A stretch of 10,109 nt of DNA from a virus. Its lineage: Duplodnaviria; Heunggongvirae; Uroviricota; Caudoviricetes. Positions 7,022 through 10,109 of this stretch are shown one piece after another (within the stretch, counting starts at the first letter, position 1; each line of letters starts with the position of its first letter). Location: IMG/VR virus record IMGVR_UViG_2648501392_000020. One strand, given 5' to 3'. The translations under genes were made by a program, and so were the position numbers. The notes below the pieces were generated by a model that searched no databases, was not told where the DNA came from, and was given only the letters and a program-made list of their open reading frames with translations.

Positions 7022-7255
7022 TTATTCTCCGGTGTGCTGTTCTTTATATCTGTCGTGCAATAGATCTATTTCTTGCAGTTCCATTATTACAGGCTCAAGA
7101 AGCGTTATTAATGCTGTGGCAATTCTTGATTTTTGTTTGTCGCGTTCATTGTCGCCAAGTGTTTCAAGCCATATGCGTAATATTTCCATCATGCTTTCAC
7201 TGTGAGAAAGTGCAAGAAATGCGCGGTCTATTGTTTCGAGGTAAATATCACGCAT
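7022..7255 (-). CDS. Hypothetical protein, 77 aa
   Basis: ATG at 7255 preceded by GGTGGGG. The ORF track start at 7267 is GTG. 5-nt gap to the next gene. Confidence 0.5.
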   Translation of the reverse strand: MRDIYLETIDRAFLALSHSESMMEILRIWLETLGDNERDKQKSRIATALITLLEPVIMELQEIDLLHDRYKEQHTGE

Positions 7256-7256
7256 A

Positions 7257-7478
7257 TTAATCCCCACCCGTTGTTTTTCTTAAAACAGTTTCCGTTACGA
7301 AATCAGCATAGTTAGCGGCGATATCAAGAATATTTAGCCCTGTATCCCTATGCTCATCAGTGCAAAGAAAGAAAAAAGCCACCCGCATAATTTCAGATAT
7401 TGACGAAAGCGCATCAGCTGCATTATCAGGAACGCCGGAAAATTCCTGTTTCAGGGAATTAAAACGATCATCACGCAT
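7257..7478 (-). CDS. Hypothetical protein, 73 aa
   Basis: ATG at 7478 with AGGGGGG Shine-Dalgarno. Stop sits 1 nt before the next start. Confidence 0.55.
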   Translation of the reverse strand: MRDDRFNSLKQEFSGVPDNAADALSSISEIMRVAFFFLCTDEHRDTGLNILDIAANYADFVTETVLRKTTGGD

Positions 7479-7836
7479 GTTTACCCCCCTGAATGACCTG
7501 ATAACCGCAACTGGTCAGCAACTCGATAAATTCCGGCAGTGTGCCGAAACAGCAATCATCACGCAGCCGTTCGCAGGATACCTCGACGCCGTTTTCGTAG
7601 TGACTCACCATACATCCGGTAAAATGCAGATCATCATCGTGATGGCTCGTTGACGGCTTAATCAGTCGCGCACGTTCCGCCAGTTCCAGCAATGCTTCAA
7701 CGCTTCCGGCAATTGCACCATCCGGCAGGTGATAATTACGCACTATGCGCCCGTTCTCCACATTGACCAGCAACTGCCCGGTAAATTTCTCGTCAAACTG
7801 AATGCTGTTAAGGTCAGAAATTGACAGGTTATGCAT
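7471..7836 (-). CDS. Hypothetical protein, 121 aa
   Basis: ATG at 7836 with perfect AGGAGG 6 nt upstream. The ORF track start at 7854 lacks a Shine-Dalgarno. 8-nt overlap with the downstream gene. Confidence 0.6.
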   Translation of the reverse strand: MHNLSISDLNSIQFDEKFTGQLLVNVENGRIVRNYHLPDGAIAGSVEALLELAERARLIKPSTSHHDDDLHFTGCMVSHYENGVEVSCERLRDDCCFGTLPEFIELLTSCGYQVIQGGKHA

Positions 7837-8053
7837 GGTGCACCTCCTGCACATCAGCCATGATAATTTTTCCGGCCTTATCCAGTGCCTGATCGGCTTT
7901 TAGCTGCACAAATGCTAAATAATGGAAGATGCATTCTGATTCTCTGGCTGCGTGTTTATGCGCCCTGTCAGCAATAACAGAAATATCAATAAGCGCGTGC
8001 ATCAGCGTAGTGAGCGCGGCGGCTGCTGCGTCCGGTGTGGTTTTATTGCACAT
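7829..8053 (-). CDS. Hypothetical protein, 74 aa
   Basis: ATG at 8053 with GGGGGTAGG upstream. Overlaps neighbours at both ends as part of the coupled operon. Confidence 0.5.
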   Translation of the reverse strand: MCNKTTPDAAAAALTTLMHALIDISVIADRAHKHAARESECIFHYLAFVQLKADQALDKAGKIIMADVQEVHHA

Positions 8054-8249
8054 GGCCTACCCCCTGGCGAATACGGGCAGCGAATACCATCACGCAGCCA
8101 TCAGGAGATTGCTGACGCGCTTCCTGTTCGCTGGTGGCCTCAATGGTAATCACGCGCGGTTGTGCCGTGCTCAGGGCGATAAAACGCCAGATGTATTTAT
8201 TCAGGTTGTACGAGTCCCGCCCTTGCGGGTGTGTGGTATGATTTAACAT
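8043..8249 (-). CDS. Hypothetical protein, 68 aa; first gene of the leftward operon (shares frame with the tail of the 471-codon ORF)
   Basis: Internal ATG at 8249 with GAGGT Shine-Dalgarno 5 nt upstream, about 100 nt downstream of a TTGACA-N17-TAAAGT promoter-like element. Confidence 0.4.
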   Translation of the reverse strand: MLNHTTHPQGRDSYNLNKYIWRFIALSTAQPRVITIEATSEQEARQQSPDGCVMVFAARIRQGVGHVQ

Positions 8250-8347
8250 AGCTACCTCGATACTTTCGCTATCGTTGGTGGTTAGAAGCCCCGTTACTGC
8301 TCCTACAGTGCGGGGTTTCGTCGTTTCTGCACCTTGCATTAACAAGG

Positions 8348-8424
8348 TGTAAGTAACTTTATTTATAGGTGGCTTACATGTCAATGCTTTTATGTAAGAC
8401 TTTTTATGTGTATATTGTCTTACA
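8348..8424. promoter_or_regulatory. Divergent promoter/operator region: leftward promoter (-35 TTGACA 8379-8384, -10 TAAAGT 8356-8361 on minus strand) overlapped by four CTTACA/TGTAAG half-sites
   Basis: Half-sites tgtaag 8348-8353, cttaca 8373-8378, tgtaag 8393-8398, cttaca 8419-8424. Central palindrome CTTACA-N14-TGTAAG covers the -35. A TATATT -10-like hexamer at 8411-8416 faces the plus-strand gene. Confidence 0.5.
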
Positions 8425-8445
8425 CTTTCATTGAGAGGATTACAG

Positions 8446-8751
8446 ATGGCTACAGGTTCAAAAAACGCAAAATCACAATCACTGACAGCTCGGATCCCGC
8501 ATGATGTTATTGAAGGCATGGAATCCGTAAAACTGGACGGTGAAAGCAACGCCGGATTCATCGTAACCGCCATGCGCGGTGAAATCGCCCGCCGCCAGGC
8601 AGAAGGAAGCGGAGAAAACCTCCTGGTTTCTTCGCTCGATGCACTGGCGCAGGTGGAAAAAATCGGAGTCAAAGCAGCCGAGGAGATCGGGCAACTCATC
8701 ACCGTCGCGCGTGAAGAACTCCAGCGTCGCAAGGCCAAAGAGCAGGAGTAA
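8446..8751 (+). CDS. Ribbon-helix-helix-like small DNA-binding protein (candidate island regulator/repressor), 101 aa
   Basis: ATG at 8446 with GAGAGGA Shine-Dalgarno. N-terminal SLTARIPHDVIEGMESVKL...NAGFIVTAMRGEIARRQ fits a strand-helix-helix pattern; the C-terminal half is charged and helical. Composition is clearly more protein-like than the antisense frame. Confidence 0.6.
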   Translation: MATGSKNAKSQSLTARIPHDVIEGMESVKLDGESNAGFIVTAMRGEIARRQAEGSGENLLVSSLDALAQVEKIGVKAAEEIGQLITVAREELQRRKAKEQE

Positions 8752-8808
8752 CCATCACCAGCGCCGTGGTGTGAGTAACTACGGCGCATTGCTATGCAGG
8801 ACAACACA

Positions 8809-8982
8809 ATGACCGATAAAGAATTGACCAAAACATTATCACCGACACGGAAAAGACGGCGCAGAAAGATAGAGCATGAATCAGAAAGATTCGCGCCATG
8901 TGCTTTTGCCCTTGAGCAATTTCTTAAAGAGTACAGGGAAAAGCGCTCATTGCAGGTATGGCAACGAACTGAACCAGACTGA
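8809..8982 (+). CDS. Small basic hypothetical protein (about 57 aa)
   Basis: ATG at 8809 (alternative 8794) with weak AGGA upstream. Lies between the RHH gene and the plus-strand terminator. Lys/Arg/Glu-rich composition. Confidence 0.35.
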   Translation: MTDKELTKTLSPTRKRRRRKIEHESERFAPCAFALEQFLKEYREKRSLQVWQRTEPD

Positions 8983-9061
8983 TTGCATTGCCCACCAGCC
9001 GCAAATGTGGCATTGTTGGCGATGCTCATGCGTTGGGGATAACGTGTAGCTTGTGTCGAGG

Positions 9062-9090
9062 GGCCACCGTAGCGGGTGGCCTTTGTTTTG
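9062..9090 (+). terminator. Intrinsic terminator for the plus-strand RHH operon
   Basis: GGCCACC (9062-9068), loop gtagcg, GGTGGCC (9075-9081), then TTTGTTTTG (9082-9090). Confidence 0.6.
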
Positions 9091-9458
9091 CCTGTTATCC
9101 GGCAATTGTGGCGCTTCGCCACACGGTTGATATAATCCCACTGCTCAGATTCATTTTTTGCGCAGTAGGTTAATTGTTCACAAAGGCGCTCCGGCAACGG
9201 GGCGCTTTTTGTTTTTATTAGTTTGTAGAAACCTGACTCAGAGATAATGCTCATATTCTGATTGCCGTCAGGGGTGTAAGTTAAATTTACTCCCTTTTTA
9301 TCATCAAACATCTGCAACGCTCTGGCGTTAACAATATTGGTTTCACTCCCGCCAGTAAGGCCGGAAATAACCGGAATAATTTCGGCAAAATTTTGCAGAT
9401 TCTGTTTTTCAGGACGAACGAAGCCCCGCCCTTGTTCGGGAGAATATCCAGTATTCAT
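9084..9458 (-). CDS. Bro-N / antirepressor-like ORF, 5' protein-like portion only; the frame stays open to 8043, so the 3' end is undefined
   Basis: ATG at 9458. Segment GNQNMSIISESGFYKLIKTKSAPLPERL resembles the Bro-N core (ISESGLY.LI.RS..P.A). No plus-strand ORF competes in 9180-9458. Downstream, the same frame has Ser/Cys/Arg-rich antisense-like composition. Confidence 0.4.
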
Positions 9459-9510
9459 GGTTAGATCTCTGTATTAGTGGATGGGTGGCGGCTGTGTGCC
9501 GCCAGCCTGA

Positions 9511-9699
9511 TTAGTGAACTGCCTCGCAGCTTTCCTTCCATGCCAGAACTTCGGATAAAGACCAGCCAACGGAACGACCGCCGAGCTTACGCCGTGATGG
9601 GAATTGTCCGGTTTTTTCCAGGCGGTACCGACATGAACGGCTCAGGCCTGTAAGTTGCTGACATTCTTTTTCACGTATAAAGCGATCTGTGCTTAACAC
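9511..9699 (-). CDS. alpA: AlpA-family transcriptional regulator/excisionase-like protein, 62 aa, GTG start
   Basis: HTH block ECQQLTGLSRSCRYRLEKTGQFPSRRKLGGRSVGWSLSEVLAWKE matches the AlpA pattern. GTG at 9699 is preceded by AAAGGGGGA. The upstream ATGs at 9807 and 9867 lack a Shine-Dalgarno and would give an atypically long N-terminus. Confidence 0.65.
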   Translation of the reverse strand: MLSTDRFIREKECQQLTGLSRSCRYRLEKTGQFPSRRKLGGRSVGWSLSEVLAWKESCEAVH

Positions 9700-10109
9700 A
9701 ATTCCCCCTTTGATATTTCTTAAAGAGTTATTTGGTGTCCTATTGTGTTGTGGTGCTTCGGATTGTGTCAGGGTGTTTATGGAATGGCAAACACTGGCGG
9801 CGGTCATTTTACAGAAGTGTGGTAATGAGAATAAAAACTCTTTTAATTCATTGTGGTGCAAAGGCATAAAATTCTGTTTTTACGCCTTTTTTACATGTTT
9901 TTAAGAGTGATTCGCCAATGTACAAAAAGCCAGTAAAACGACTGAAAATCAACTTTTTAGGGTGTCAGTCAGATGTTAATCAAGTTTGTTCCAGATTGTT
10001 CGCCGTTGTTCGTCGTGGTGTCTCGTTGTTTCACGTTGTGTCAGTTCTAAAAAATCGCAAAAAAAATTATATTTCTCTGGCTATTGGCAGTGTGGTTACG
10101 TTTTTGTGA

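Larger units (their letters stand above)
1290..10109 (-). mobile_element. Phage-satellite / PICI-like island (cos-type, lambdoid helper implied); right boundary beyond the window, left boundary approximate
   Basis: Contiguous minus-strand module of replication, capsid, cos and terS genes plus AlpA-family genes, ending in phased arm-like repeats next to a chromosomal housekeeping gene. No integrase seen in the window. Confidence 0.6.

Noticed and set aside
8479-8812. Alternative-frame ORFs (8479-8694 minus, 8579-8812 plus) overlapping the RHH gene
   Set aside because: The RHH frame has a Shine-Dalgarno and clean helical protein composition; the alternatives are Ser/Arg-rich frame artefacts.
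1-10109. CRISPR arrays, rRNA/tRNA genes, insertion-sequence inverted repeats and transposase ORFs
   Set aside because: No regularly spaced identical repeats with unique spacers, no tRNA cloverleaf, and no transposase-like ORF or terminal inverted repeats were seen.

Overview
Enterobacterial (E. coli-like) chromosomal window whose left edge is a complete Smr-domain gene (smrA-like, 1-564, minus strand) with about 700 bp of AT-rich flank. From about 1.3 kb to the right edge the window is one compact phage-satellite / PICI-like island, almost entirely on the minus strand. In transcription order it reads: divergent promoter/operator region (8.25-8.45 kb), six tightly coupled small ORFs of unknown function, a RepA/DnaB-like AAA helicase-initiator, an iteron cluster (likely origin), a small ORF, SSB, a lambda gpE-like major capsid protein, a gpD-like decoration protein, an AlpA-family HTH protein, a lambda-type cos site (cosN GGGCGGCGACCT), a Nu1-like small terminase, a 93-aa ORF, and four 10-bp-phased GTCAC repeats at the island edge. 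On the plus strand there is a ribbon-helix-helix-like regulator gene, a small basic ORF and an intrinsic terminator. At the right are a Bro-N-like ORF and a short AlpA gene with a GTG start. No integrase, large terminase, portal, protease, scaffold or tail gene is present in the window, so the element looks like a cos-packaged satellite that brings its own capsid shell, decoration protein and TerS but must borrow the rest from a lambdoid helper. All homology statements come from reading the translations against remembered family features and lambda sequences; none were searched against a database.
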